Source of the DNA: Candidatus Omnitrophota bacterium
Lineage (GTDB): Bacteria > Omnitrophota > Omnitrophia > Omnitrophales > Aquincolibacteriaceae
Assembly: GCA_023247035.1 (NCBI GenBank)
Contig: JAHFHG010000001.1
Location: 2,021-66,020, forward strand
DNA: 64,000 nucleotides
Reading direction: 5' to 3'
Program-made: the position numbers and the translations under genes
Part shown: positions 49,421 through 59,049 of the stretch, piece by piece
Numbering within the stretch: position 1 is the first letter of the stretch
Layout: the number at the start of each line of letters is the position of its first letter
The notes under the pieces: generated by a model
Seen by the model: only the letters and a program-made list of their open reading frames with translations
What the model was told of the DNA's origin: nothing
Database searches by the model: none

Positions 49421-49666
49421 TTCCTTCATCATAATCAAGACCGCCCGGCAAATCAAAATAAAAGCGGCGTCCCTTTGCCCTGTCCGGGTTGAAGAAAAAG
49501 CCGGCGGGAGGGGAGGCGCGGGCTCGAAACATTTTACTTCCGACAGTGAAGCCCGAGGAGGTAAAATCCGATAAGACAGCAAACGCTGCGCGCTTCATAC
49601 AGATAGAGTTTAACCGGAGCAACTAAAACCAAAGACTTTATTTTAGAAAAAGGCGAGGTCGGAACT

Positions 49667-50107
49667 ATGAAAGGCCAAAAAGATTCAGTTTTCTCTGCCG
49701 TTCGGTTTTCATCGAAAGGATTTACGCTCATCGAAATCCTGCTTGTCGTGATCATTATCGGTATTTTGGTTTCCCTGGTCGCGCCTCGGCTTGCGGGGCG
49801 TTCGGAAGAAGCCCGCAAGCAGGCGGCCCGCGCCGATATCGACGGAGGGATCAGCCTCGCCCTTGATCTGTATGAAATGGATAATGGGCGGTACCCGGCA
49901 AAACTTGAGGATCTAACGGCCAAGCCCGGAGATAGTTTGAACTGGAAAGGGCCCTACCTGAAAAAGGGAATCCCGAAAGATCCGTGGGGCAATCTTTATG
50001 CCTATAAATTTCCAGGGGCTCAAAATACCTTAAGCTACGATTTGTATTCTCTGGGCCCTGATAAGCAGGAGGGTACGGCAGACGATATCGCAAACTGGTC
50101 CAATTAA
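49667..50107 (+). CDS. gspG: Type II secretion major pseudopilin GspG
   Basis: GFTLIEILLV prepilin site, WKGPYL, DPWG, SLGPD..GT.DDI. Confidence 0.93.
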   Translation: MKGQKDSVFSAVRFSSKGFTLIEILLVVIIIGILVSLVAPRLAGRSEEARKQAARADIDGGISLALDLYEMDNGRYPAKLEDLTAKPGDSLNWKGPYLKKGIPKDPWGNLYAYKFPGAQNTLSYDLYSLGPDKQEGTADDIANWSN

Positions 50108-50128
50108 GAAAGATTCTTCATCCTAAAG

Positions 50129-50875
50129 TTAAGACTCTTGATCCCTTTTCAGCGCCTCGGCGGCCTCACCGTATGAAAAACCTTCCCGTTGCATTAAAGA
50201 AATAATCGCTTCTTCCGGGCTTGATGCCTCCTGAATAAGAGATTCGGCATCCGACTCGGAATAACCCATCTGAACCAGGCGGTCAATAATCGCAGGCTTA
50301 TTTTTTTCGAATTCTTTTTGGCCGTCATCGGCGCCAAAATAAAAGGGATTATTGACTAAAGCGCCGGAGCGCGGAGGCCTTGAGCGTCCTTTTTTCTCCT
50401 CGGCAGGCTGAGGCCGGTTTTTTTTCGCTTCTTTTTGCCTTTGCTCGGATTCCTCGTAAATTTCATCCATCTGCTTTTGATAATTCTTTTCACCCGCACG
50501 GATTCGCGGTTCGAGCGGGATATCGAGGGGATGCTTGCCCCGGCCTTCCCGGTCGCTTTTTTCGGTTTCTTCTTCGAGATCCGTTTTTCCCCGGGGCTTT
50601 TCCTCGAGGAAAGGTTCCGCCGTTTCCGGCCCGGCGGAAAGCGCTTGTTTTCTTTCCAAGTCCTCGTGGGCGACGTAGTTTTTATCGAGCGAGGGCCGGC
50701 TATTAAAAGTAGCGTCAACCTTTGTCTGGAAACTGCCGGAAGATGTCTGCCCCGTCGCCTGCTGAAGCATTCTCAAACGTTCCGTGCTTTCGACGCCGCG
50801 GGCGCGCGCAAGTGTCAGGGAAGGGAAAAGAAGGATAAACGTTGACAATATTTGCCTGAGGATTCGGCCGCTCAT
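50129..50875 (-). CDS. Hypothetical exported protein, charged, with a C-terminal UBA/RuvA-C-like helical motif
   Basis: Signal-like N-terminus, low-complexity middle, IDRLVQMGYSESDA near the C-terminus. Confidence 0.65.
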   Translation of the reverse strand: MSGRILRQILSTFILLFPSLTLARARGVESTERLRMLQQATGQTSSGSFQTKVDATFNSRPSLDKNYVAHEDLERKQALSAGPETAEPFLEEKPRGKTDLEEETEKSDREGRGKHPLDIPLEPRIRAGEKNYQKQMDEIYEESEQRQKEAKKNRPQPAEEKKGRSRPPRSGALVNNPFYFGADDGQKEFEKNKPAIIDRLVQMGYSESDAESLIQEASSPEEAIISLMQREGFSYGEAAEALKRDQES

Positions 50876-51032
50876 AGGATCCTAACTCTTTCAAAACTCG
50901 CAAGTTGCAATATAGCATAAGGCTAAAATGTTTACAACACAGAGTTCCCTTAAGATTTGCCCGCAAGTCGTCGATGACATTACGGAAACGCCGTCGATTC
51001 GGCAGAGTTTTCCAAAAATATAAACCTATCGA

Positions 51033-52283
51033 ATGATGAATCAAAAAGCCCGAAAAATTCTACTTCACGAAAGAGTGGCGATGATTGCCCTTATTCTTTC
51101 TTTTTGTCTGCGGGCTGATTTTCTCTATGCCCAAGACCCTTTTAAAAAGTTGCGCGCGGAAGACATCAAAGCCAAAGAGAAGCGGGCCGGTGAACTCGCT
51201 CAGAAAGCCGGCGCTTTCGAAAAACAACTCGGAGAAGAGCAGCGTCAAAATAAAACGTCGCAGGAAAAGATGTGGAAAGATTTCATAGACGGCCTTGAAG
51301 CTGAAAGGGGAAATCTTCAGGGCAAGATCCTTGCGCTGGAAGGCCGCCGGCGGAGTTTCGAAGCGGAATTGGAGAAAAACCGCGGCCAGGACGAGCTCCG
51401 GGCCCACGAAAAACAGAATGAGATTCAGCTCTTAATGCTGGAAAGCCGCAGATTGCAGGCTGAGGCGGAACAGGACAAGAAAATTTTTGAGGACGAACTC
51501 GGGGCGGCAAAAAACCGGTCTTCTTCTGAAAGCGCGCCGGATTCTTCTTCCATCAAAGATGCTCTGCAGGCTGCGGAAGGGAAAATTTTGGGAAGCGGGG
51601 CCTTCAAAATCAATCCCGAAAGCGGGCGTCCCATGACGGAAGGAAGCCCCTTTCAGACACGGCTCATCCGGCCCGAATATTATTTGGAGATCGGCGACGT
51701 CTTGGAGATTGACGTCTGGAGGGTCTCTGATTTTTCCCGCGTCGTGATCGTGCGCCCGGACGGCCGCATTTCCTTGCCGCTCGTCGGGGATTTATATGTT
51801 TTCGCAATGAGCCTGATCGAGGTCCGCGACATTTTGACCAAAAAATTATCGGAGTATATCCGCAATCCTCAAGTATCCATTTCAATGCGCCAGTTTGGAG
51901 GGCGTAAATTCGTCATCCTCGGGGAGATCAACACTCCCGGCGTTTATCGGTTCCAGCAGGAAATTTCCCTTCTTGAAGGCGTCGCCCTTGCGGGAGGATT
52001 CAAGCCCGATGCCAAACGGGGAAAAATTATGGTGATCCGCGGAGACATCCGCAAGGAGCCCCAAGTCAAAATCATCAAGGCGAATGTTGAAAATGTGCTG
52101 AAGAAAGGAATGATCAGCGAAAACCTCCTCATCATGCCCAATGATATTGTTTACGTGGCCAAGGATCTGATCGGGGATTACCGCGAGATTCTCGATAATC
52201 TCGTGCAGCCGGCTCTGGACAACAGCATTGATTTCTTCGTTCTCCGCAGCGCCATACGAACCGCTCAGGGCCGCCGCAATTAA
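51033..52283 (+). CDS. OPX/Wza-family export protein with a long N-terminal coiled coil
   Basis: YYLEIGDVL, VRPDGRISLPLVG, SLBB GEI..PG..AGGF, C-terminal amphipathic extension. Confidence 0.88.
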   Translation: MMNQKARKILLHERVAMIALILSFCLRADFLYAQDPFKKLRAEDIKAKEKRAGELAQKAGAFEKQLGEEQRQNKTSQEKMWKDFIDGLEAERGNLQGKILALEGRRRSFEAELEKNRGQDELRAHEKQNEIQLLMLESRRLQAEAEQDKKIFEDELGAAKNRSSSESAPDSSSIKDALQAAEGKILGSGAFKINPESGRPMTEGSPFQTRLIRPEYYLEIGDVLEIDVWRVSDFSRVVIVRPDGRISLPLVGDLYVFAMSLIEVRDILTKKLSEYIRNPQVSISMRQFGGRKFVILGEINTPGVYRFQQEISLLEGVALAGGFKPDAKRGKIMVIRGDIRKEPQVKIIKANVENVLKKGMISENLLIMPNDIVYVAKDLIGDYREILDNLVQPALDNSIDFFVLRSAIRTAQGRRN

Positions 52284-54274
52284 TGGCAGAAATATCCGGT
52301 AACTTTTCCAGCCGCGTTGCTTCTGAAATCCATCGTTATGAATTAACCCTCAGTGATTATTGGCGGATCATTGTGAAGCGGCGGCTGGTGGTATTTTTCA
52401 CTTTCGTCTCCGTACTTTTAAGCACCATTTTTTATACCCACATTCAAACCGCCCTTTATGAAGCAAGTTCCATGGTGCGGGTGGGGACGGGCGGCAGGGT
52501 CTTTCAGTTTCAAGGCGGTTATTATTTGGCCCAAGGCGCTGATCCGATGATCACTTATGCCAATATGATTACCGGCAAAGAAGTGCTGGAGCGGGTGGTG
52601 ATCCGTTTGGGGTTTTTAAGCAAGGATTCCAAGGCTGAGGATCTGATTGAAAAATCCGCCGAGATCCGCGAGGCCGTCACCGCAACGCGCGTCACCGAAA
52701 CGGATATGATCCAGATCAGCGTCGTTTATCCGGATCCGAAGCTTGCCGCCGCAATCGCCAATTCCACGGCCGACGCTTTTATCGAGGTGGATTTTTTGCA
52801 GAAGACACGCCAGGCCCGGAATCTAAGGCGTTTTATCGAAAAACAGCTGGAGATCCTTTCGAAAAAATTAAAGTCTGTCGAGACGCAAATCCAGGACTTC
52901 CGCCAATCGGGCCGCGCTTTCGGGCTTGCGATGGGTTTGGAACAGCGGCTTTCGGAATTGGAAAAGGACCGGAATGTTTTGCTCAAGCAATTTACCGAGA
53001 AACATCCCGACGTCCTGAAGTTTGACGATCAGATCCAGGGTGTCCGGCAGCAAATCCGCCGACTGCCGGCTCATGAGCTTGAGTTTGCAAGGTTCCAGCG
53101 GGAGCTTGAAATTAACGATCGCGCCTACCGGGTCATGAAAGAAAAATATGAAGCCGCCCGGCTTGCGGAGGCGGAGGAAGTCAGCGACGTGACGATTATT
53201 GAATCCGCAACCGTGCCCGCCCACCCTATTTCACCTCGCAAAGACCTGAACAAGATGCTCGGGGCCTTTATCGGATTGATCCTGGGATTGGCCTTCGCCT
53301 TTATCCATGAAAATCTGGACACCTCAATCGGCACGATTGATGATGTCGAAAGGACCGTGCGTCTTCCCGTCATCGGGATTGTCCCTTATTTTAATCCGCA
53401 CGAAGAAGACTTCCCGTGGTGGAGGATTGACCGCTCAATCATTCAACTTTTTCGAAACCCGAGAGAGCTGCCCCCTGACTCGGCTTACCTCATCATGAAC
53501 CAGGATACCCTTTCAACCCTGGCTGAGGCCTACCGCATTTTGAGAACGTTTGTAGAATTTATTATGGAAAAAAAGACTGGCCAGGCAAGGACGTTGATCA
53601 TCACAAGTACGGGGCCGCAGGAAGGGAAAACTCTAACGGCCTCCAATTTGGCTATTTCTATGGCGCAGGCCGGCAAGAAAACATTGTTGATTGATGCCGA
53701 TTTAAGACGTCCGACAATCCACCGCCTCTTCGGGCTTCAAAGGGCCCCCGGCCTGAGCGAGGTTTTGCTGGGAACCGTCCATTACAATCAGGCGTGCAAG
53801 GCTATGGGCGATATCCTCGTGGGGGACAACTCCAAATGGGATCATCTGACGGCGACAAAGCTGCTTGACCGTTTGGAGATTCTTACGACCGGAGTCCACA
53901 ACCCGAATCCGGCGGAATTGATCGCCTCTGAAGAAATGAAGAATCTTTTAAATCAACTCCGTTCGGAATATGACTACATTATTCTTGATACCCCTCCTGT
54001 GCTGCCTGTCACGGATTCACGCACCCTGGGGCTTCTGGCGGACGCCACTTTTTTTGTTTACCGCGCCGGAAAGACCGCAAGACGCGCCCTGACGCGCGCC
54101 CGCGAAGAGCTTAATCTTGCCGGAGTGAACGTCAAAGGGATCATTCTGAATCAGGCGACGCCGGAGGTGACCTTGACGGATTCTTATTATTATCAATATT
54201 ACGGCGAGAAGAAGCCCAAGAAAGGCAAGCCCCCTTCGGAGATCCGTTCTTCAAAAGGCGTCGGGGTGAGCTGA
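52283..54274 (+). CDS. wzc: Second Wzc-family co-polymerase / tyrosine autokinase
   Basis: Wzz-like N-terminus, TEKHPDV, PQEGKT, IDADLRRP, LDTPP, YYYQYY. Confidence 0.9.
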   Translation: MAEISGNFSSRVASEIHRYELTLSDYWRIIVKRRLVVFFTFVSVLLSTIFYTHIQTALYEASSMVRVGTGGRVFQFQGGYYLAQGADPMITYANMITGKEVLERVVIRLGFLSKDSKAEDLIEKSAEIREAVTATRVTETDMIQISVVYPDPKLAAAIANSTADAFIEVDFLQKTRQARNLRRFIEKQLEILSKKLKSVETQIQDFRQSGRAFGLAMGLEQRLSELEKDRNVLLKQFTEKHPDVLKFDDQIQGVRQQIRRLPAHELEFARFQRELEINDRAYRVMKEKYEAARLAEAEEVSDVTIIESATVPAHPISPRKDLNKMLGAFIGLILGLAFAFIHENLDTSIGTIDDVERTVRLPVIGIVPYFNPHEEDFPWWRIDRSIIQLFRNPRELPPDSAYLIMNQDTLSTLAEAYRILRTFVEFIMEKKTGQARTLIITSTGPQEGKTLTASNLAISMAQAGKKTLLIDADLRRPTIHRLFGLQRAPGLSEVLLGTVHYNQACKAMGDILVGDNSKWDHLTATKLLDRLEILTTGVHNPNPAELIASEEMKNLLNQLRSEYDYIILDTPPVLPVTDSRTLGLLADATFFVYRAGKTARRALTRAREELNLAGVNVKGIILNQATPEVTLTDSYYYQYYGEKKPKKGKPPSEIRSSKGVGVS

Positions 54275-54280
54275 GGCCTT

Positions 54281-55345
54281 ATGAGAAGAGTGTTAGTTAC
54301 AGGAGGGGCGGGTTTTATCGGATCCCACCTGATGGATTTCCTTTTAGAGCGCGGGGATTATGTCCTCTGTCTTGATGATTGTTCCACAGGAACTCTAGGC
54401 AATATCGCCCCCCACCGCAAAAACCGCCGCTTTGAATTTGTGTCCGGCAGCATCCTGCAGGGAAGAATCGTTGCGAAGTGTGTCCGGAATGCCGACCTTA
54501 TTTTTCACTTTGCGGCGGCGGTGGGGGTCAGGCATATTGTGGAGAATCCTTTGAGATCCATTCGCGTCAATGTAGAAGGCGCGGCGAATGTTTTGGAAAA
54601 GGCATTCCGCTACAAAAAAAAGATTATCCTCGCCTCATCCTCCGAAGTTTACGGAAAAAGCACGAATCTTCCTTATCGTGAAGAGGATGACCGCCTTTTG
54701 GGCCCGACCACGATTAACCGCTGGTCTTACGCGGCCGGCAAAGCGATTGATGAGCACTTGGCTCTGAACTACGGAAGGCAGGGGCTCGCGGTCGTTATCC
54801 TGCGTTTTTTTAATACCTACGGCCCCAGGATAAATGAAGAGGCCTACGGCACCGTGATTGCGCAATTTATCCGGCAGGCTTTTTTGGGCGAGCCCTTGAC
54901 CGTTCACGGGGACGGCAAGCAGGTAAGGTGTTTTTCTTACATCACGGATATCGTGGCCGGAATCATTAAAGCTTCCGAAATCAAGGCCGCGGAGGGAGAA
55001 ATTTTCAATCTCGGCAATCCGAACCCTTCTACGATTATGGAATTGGCCGAATCCGTGAAGCGTGTGACGGCGAGCCTTTCGCCGATTCAACAGGTGCCTT
55101 ACCGGGATTATTACGGCCAGAGTTACGAAGACACGCCGGTCCGTATCCCTGACATTTCGAAGGCCAAGCAGATTCTGAACTTCGAGCCGTTCGTTTCGCT
55201 CGCCGAAGGCCTGCGGAGGACGGTCGCGTGGTGCCGCCGGAATTACCGGTCGAGTTTGGAGCCGGAGCCGGCAAACGGCCGGCCGAAAACTCCACCCGCC
55301 GTTTTGCTTGACAAGCTGAAGCGGCAGGGGCGGCCGCTCTCCTGA
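54281..55345 (+). CDS. NAD-dependent nucleotide-sugar epimerase/decarboxylase (SDR)
   Basis: TGGAGFIGSH, SSSEVYG, RWSYAAGK, RFFNTYGPR. Confidence 0.9.
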   Translation: MRRVLVTGGAGFIGSHLMDFLLERGDYVLCLDDCSTGTLGNIAPHRKNRRFEFVSGSILQGRIVAKCVRNADLIFHFAAAVGVRHIVENPLRSIRVNVEGAANVLEKAFRYKKKIILASSSEVYGKSTNLPYREEDDRLLGPTTINRWSYAAGKAIDEHLALNYGRQGLAVVILRFFNTYGPRINEEAYGTVIAQFIRQAFLGEPLTVHGDGKQVRCFSYITDIVAGIIKASEIKAAEGEIFNLGNPNPSTIMELAESVKRVTASLSPIQQVPYRDYYGQSYEDTPVRIPDISKAKQILNFEPFVSLAEGLRRTVAWCRRNYRSSLEPEPANGRPKTPPAVLLDKLKRQGRPLS

Positions 55346-55386
55346 TTTTTAGATTTATCCCTCATTATTTTTTCAAGCTTTCCTAA

Positions 55387-55416
55387 TTGACAATGAATTG
55401 GGCGTTTTTGTATGAT
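55387..55416 (+). promoter_or_regulatory. guaB promoter
   Basis: TTGACA-N18-TATGAT. Confidence 0.6.
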
Positions 55417-55454
55417 ACGGCAAATGGAAAACCTTCTGCCGCAAAATTCCCGCT

Positions 55455-55483
55455 TTGCTCAAGAAATTGAGCAAGATTTTTTT
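55455..55483 (+). terminator. Terminator-like hairpin in the guaB leader
   Basis: TTGCTCAA-GAAA-TTGAGCAA followed by GA and T7, between the promoter and the RBS. Confidence 0.65.
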
Positions 55484-55550
55484 ATGGATCCCTGCAGCGT
55501 TTCGCCGTTCGCAAATCCGGCCTTAAAATTCCAATCCGAGGAGCCCTGTT

Positions 55551-56711
55551 ATGTCTGAATTTATCGGCCGCGACCGCAAGGCCCGGCGCGCTTACGGCTT
55601 TGATGAAATCGCCCTCGTCCCGGGGGAGGTGACGCTGAATCCGGAGGAGGTGGATATTCATTTTAAATTAGGCAATAAAACCTTTGAGATCCCCTTTTTG
55701 GCTTCCGCAATGGACGGCGTTGTGGACCCGCATTTCGCCGCGGCGATGGGCAGGCTCGGCGGGCTTGCGGTCTTGAATCTCGAGGGAATTTATACCCGTT
55801 ACGAGGATTACGATTCCATTTTAAAGGATATCGTTAAAGCGACTTCGGAAGAGGCTACGCAGCTTGTGCAGAAAATTTATCTGGAGCCTGTCAAGGAAAA
55901 GTTGATCGTCAAGCGGATTGAGGAAATCAAAAAAGCAAAAGGGCCTTGCGCCGTGAGCTCGATCCCGCAAAAAGCGGAGAAATTCGGCAAAATTGCGGAG
56001 GAAGCGGGCGCGGATATTTTCGTGGTCCAGTCCACCGTGACAACCGTCAATCACATTTCGAAATCCTATAAGGTGGTTGATTTCCGTAAATTCTGCAAAG
56101 AAATGAAGATTCCCGTGATTCTCGGCAATTGTGTCACTTATAAAGTGAGCCTTGAGCTTGCTGAAACGGGCTGTGCCGGCCTTCTCGTGGGCATCGGCCC
56201 GGGTTCGGCGTGCACGACGCGGGGCGTTTTAGGCCTCGGCGTTCCTCAAGTCACGGCGATTGCAGACTGTGCCGCGGCCCGCGAGGTGTACCATAAAAAA
56301 ACGCGCAAGTACGTGGCCATTATTGGAGACGGCGGGATGTCGACGGGCGGGGATATTTGCAAGGCCTTTGCCTGCGGGGCGGACGCGGTCATGGTAGGCT
56401 CGGCCTTTGCGCGCGCCAAGGAAGCGCCGGGCAGAGGATTCCATTGGGGAATGGCGACCCCGCACGCGAATCTGCCGAGGGGAACGAGGATCCGCGTCGG
56501 AACCACGGGGACTCTTGAGGAAATTTTATACGGCCCGGCCTCGCTTGATGACGGCACTCAAAATCTGGTCGGCGCTCTGCGCACGTGTATGGGAAACGTG
56601 GGCGCGCGCGATATCCGCGAAATGCAATTGGCGGAAGTCGTGATCGCCCCCGCCATACGCACCGAAGGCAAACTTTTTCAGGCCGCCCAGCGCGTGGGAA
56701 TGGGGAAGTAA
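55551..56711 (+). CDS. guaB: IMP dehydrogenase, GuaB3-type (no CBS domains)
   Basis: AYGFDEIALVP, SAMDGV, catalytic GIGPGSACTTR, WGMA..LPRG; adjacent to guaA. Confidence 0.9.
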   Translation: MSEFIGRDRKARRAYGFDEIALVPGEVTLNPEEVDIHFKLGNKTFEIPFLASAMDGVVDPHFAAAMGRLGGLAVLNLEGIYTRYEDYDSILKDIVKATSEEATQLVQKIYLEPVKEKLIVKRIEEIKKAKGPCAVSSIPQKAEKFGKIAEEAGADIFVVQSTVTTVNHISKSYKVVDFRKFCKEMKIPVILGNCVTYKVSLELAETGCAGLLVGIGPGSACTTRGVLGLGVPQVTAIADCAAAREVYHKKTRKYVAIIGDGGMSTGGDICKAFACGADAVMVGSAFARAKEAPGRGFHWGMATPHANLPRGTRIRVGTTGTLEEILYGPASLDDGTQNLVGALRTCMGNVGARDIREMQLAEVVIAPAIRTEGKLFQAAQRVGMGK

Positions 56712-56848
56712 AAGGAAAGTAAAAGCTGAAAAGGGAACAGGAAAAATCACAATTAAAAATTTAAAAGTAGGATCCAATTGAAAAATGACGGATCATTTTC
56801 AATTTTAAATTGCGGTTTCCCCTTTTTCATTTTTCCTTTTGAATTTTT
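56712..56848. repeat. AT-rich long imperfect inverted repeat (purine arm / pyrimidine arm)
   Basis: AAATCACAATTAAAAATTTAAAA pairs with TTTTCAATTTTAAATTGCGGTTT; outer AAAGGAAA..AAAAGGG vs CCCTTTT..TTTCCTTT. Confidence 0.65.
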
Positions 56849-58387
56849 ATGAATGAAACTCTAATCATCCTCGATTTCGGATCCCAGTATACCCAGCTCA
56901 TCGGCCGTCGCGTAAGAGAGCAAAAGGTTTTCTCGAAAATCTTCCCTTATAACGCCCCGCGGGACACGATCATGCAGGAAAATCCGAAAGGGATTATCCT
57001 TTCCGGTTCGCCCGCCAATGTCTATCATCCCAAAGCCCCTTTGCCCGACCCGCGGATCTTCAAGGAAGGGATTCCGATTTTAGGGATTTGCTACGGGCTG
57101 CAGCTGATCGCCCATGTTTTCAAAGGAAAAGTCCACCGCTCAGCCAAAAGGGAGTACGGCCTGGCCCAGCTTCAGGTGGACCAGAGTGAAGGACTTTTTT
57201 CCGGCCTGCCGCGCGAGCTCACCTGCTGGATGAGCCACGGGGACAAACTGGACCGCCCGCCGCGGGGTTTCGAATCGATCGCTCACACGGACAACGCCCC
57301 GGTCGCCGCGCTGGCCGACACGAAGCGCCGGATTTACGGCGTTCAGTTTCATCCCGAGGTCGTCCACACGCCGCAGGGCGCCCAGATTCTCGGCAATTTC
57401 CTTTTTCAGATCTGCCAATTCAGAGGCGACTGGACGCCCGCCGCCTTTATCCAGGAAACCATCGAAAGAATCCGGCTGCGGGTGGGCGATGCCAAAGTCG
57501 TGCTCGGGCTTTCGGGAGGCGTGGATTCTTCCGTGACCGCGCTTTTGATTCACAAGGCAATCGGGAAAAATCTCACTTGTATCTTCGTGGACAACGGCCT
57601 GCTCAGGCTTAACGAGGCCGCGCAGGTCAAAAAGATGTTCCAGGACCACTTTAAAATGAACCTTCGATTTGTCGACGCGCGCCGGACATTTTTAAAAGAG
57701 CTGCGCGGCGTCGTCGCTCCCGAAAAAAAACGGAAAATTATCGGAAGGGTATTCATTGAGGTGTTCGAGAAGGAGGCCAAAAAACTGGGGCCTGTTCCGT
57801 TTCTTGCCCAGGGCACTCTTTATCCGGACGTCATTGAGTCCGTGTCTGTTTACGGCGGGCCCACAAGCACGATTAAATCCCACCACAACGTGGGCGGGCT
57901 GCCCTCCAAAATGAAATTCAAACTGATCGAGCCGCTGCGCGAACTTTTCAAAGATGAGGTGCGCCAGGTCGGCAGCGTCCTGGGGCTTTCCGAAGAGCTG
58001 ATGCACCGCCACCCGTTTCCCGGCCCCGGCCTTGCGGTCCGTATTCTGGGCGAGGTCACGGAAAAACGCTTAGAACTGCTCCGCCGGGCCGACTGGATTG
58101 TGATCGATGAAATCAAGCAGGCCGGCCATTACAAGGAGATTTGGCAGGCCTTTGCCGTCCTTCTTCCGGTCAAAAGTGTCGGCGTAATGGGAGATGAAAG
58201 GACTTACGAGAACGTTGTGGCCGTGCGGGCGGTCACGTCTCAGGACGGAATGACCGCGGACTGGGCAAAATTGCCCGATGATCTTTTAGGCAGGATCTCG
58301 AACCGGATCATCAATGAAGTGCGCGGCATCAACCGCGTCTGCTACGACATCTCCAGCAAACCTCCCGCCACGATTGAGTGGGAGTAG
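56849..58387 (+). CDS. guaA: GMP synthase (glutamine-hydrolysing)
   Basis: [40 protein letters not shown]. Confidence 0.98.
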   Translation: MNETLIILDFGSQYTQLIGRRVREQKVFSKIFPYNAPRDTIMQENPKGIILSGSPANVYHPKAPLPDPRIFKEGIPILGICYGLQLIAHVFKGKVHRSAKREYGLAQLQVDQSEGLFSGLPRELTCWMSHGDKLDRPPRGFESIAHTDNAPVAALADTKRRIYGVQFHPEVVHTPQGAQILGNFLFQICQFRGDWTPAAFIQETIERIRLRVGDAKVVLGLSGGVDSSVTALLIHKAIGKNLTCIFVDNGLLRLNEAAQVKKMFQDHFKMNLRFVDARRTFLKELRGVVAPEKKRKIIGRVFIEVFEKEAKKLGPVPFLAQGTLYPDVIESVSVYGGPTSTIKSHHNVGGLPSKMKFKLIEPLRELFKDEVRQVGSVLGLSEELMHRHPFPGPGLAVRILGEVTEKRLELLRRADWIVIDEIKQAGHYKEIWQAFAVLLPVKSVGVMGDERTYENVVAVRAVTSQDGMTADWAKLPDDLLGRISNRIINEVRGINRVCYDISSKPPATIEWE

Positions 58388-58395
58388 CTGTTAAA

Positions 58396-59049
58396 ATGAA
58401 AAAATCCGGACGTTATAAAACCTCTCACCTGGTGGAAGATCAGTATCAGCCGGGGTCTGGCGGCCGTGTCCTACGGAATCTTCTTGGTATTAAAAGTAAA
58501 AGGGAAATGGATAGGGTTGAAGGCCGAGAACAGGCTCGCGCTTTGGAAGAACTACTTGGGAATTACGGGAGAAATCATAGATTCAGAGCGGCTGATATTT
58601 GCCGCATTCACAAGATTTGGCTTGGCCATGTTTATTCATGGGCGGGAAAGTTCCGTCAGGTGAACATTACAAAAGGAAATTTTTCTTTCGCCGCGTCTCA
58701 GCATAGCCCTTCTTTGGTGAGTGAATTTGAAAAAGGACCTCTTGCCAAGTTTACTCCCTGCAATTTTCAGTCGGAAGAGGAAATATGCAATGCGCTTGCG
58801 GTTATTCACGCGGAGTTGGTTTTGATTCATCCCTTTCGGGACGGCAACGGGCGGGCTGCCCGATTGTTTGCGATTTTAATGGCAGTGCAGGCAGGGCTGC
58901 CGCCTTTAGATTTCGGCGGACTCAAAGGCAAGTTGAAGCAGAAATATTTTATAGCGGTAGAGGCTGCGCTTGAGAGAAATTATGAGCCGATGAGGCAGAT
59001 TTTTCATTCAGTGGTTCGACGAACGATGAGAAGATTTGGAAGAAGATGA
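58396..59049 (+). CDS. Fic family protein (adenylyltransferase-type)
   Basis: Canonical HPFRDGNGRAAR motif; VLRNLLGI, WAGKFR.VNI.KG. Start at ATG 58396. Confidence 0.93.
   Translation: MKKSGRYKTSHLVEDQYQPGSGGRVLRNLLGIKSKREMDRVEGREQARALEELLGNYGRNHRFRAADICRIHKIWLGHVYSWAGKFRQVNITKGNFSFAASQHSPSLVSEFEKGPLAKFTPCNFQSEEEICNALAVIHAELVLIHPFRDGNGRAARLFAILMAVQAGLPPLDFGGLKGKLKQKYFIAVEAALERNYEPMRQIFHSVVRRTMRRFGRR

Noticed and set aside
41515-50107. Complete type II secretion system
   Set aside because: Only an ExeA-like ATPase and a lone gspG are present; there is no secretin, GspE or GspF in the window.
55500-55530. GTTCGCAAATCCGGCC as a tRNA T-arm
   Set aside because: No cloverleaf can be built; no tRNA or rRNA was found in the window.
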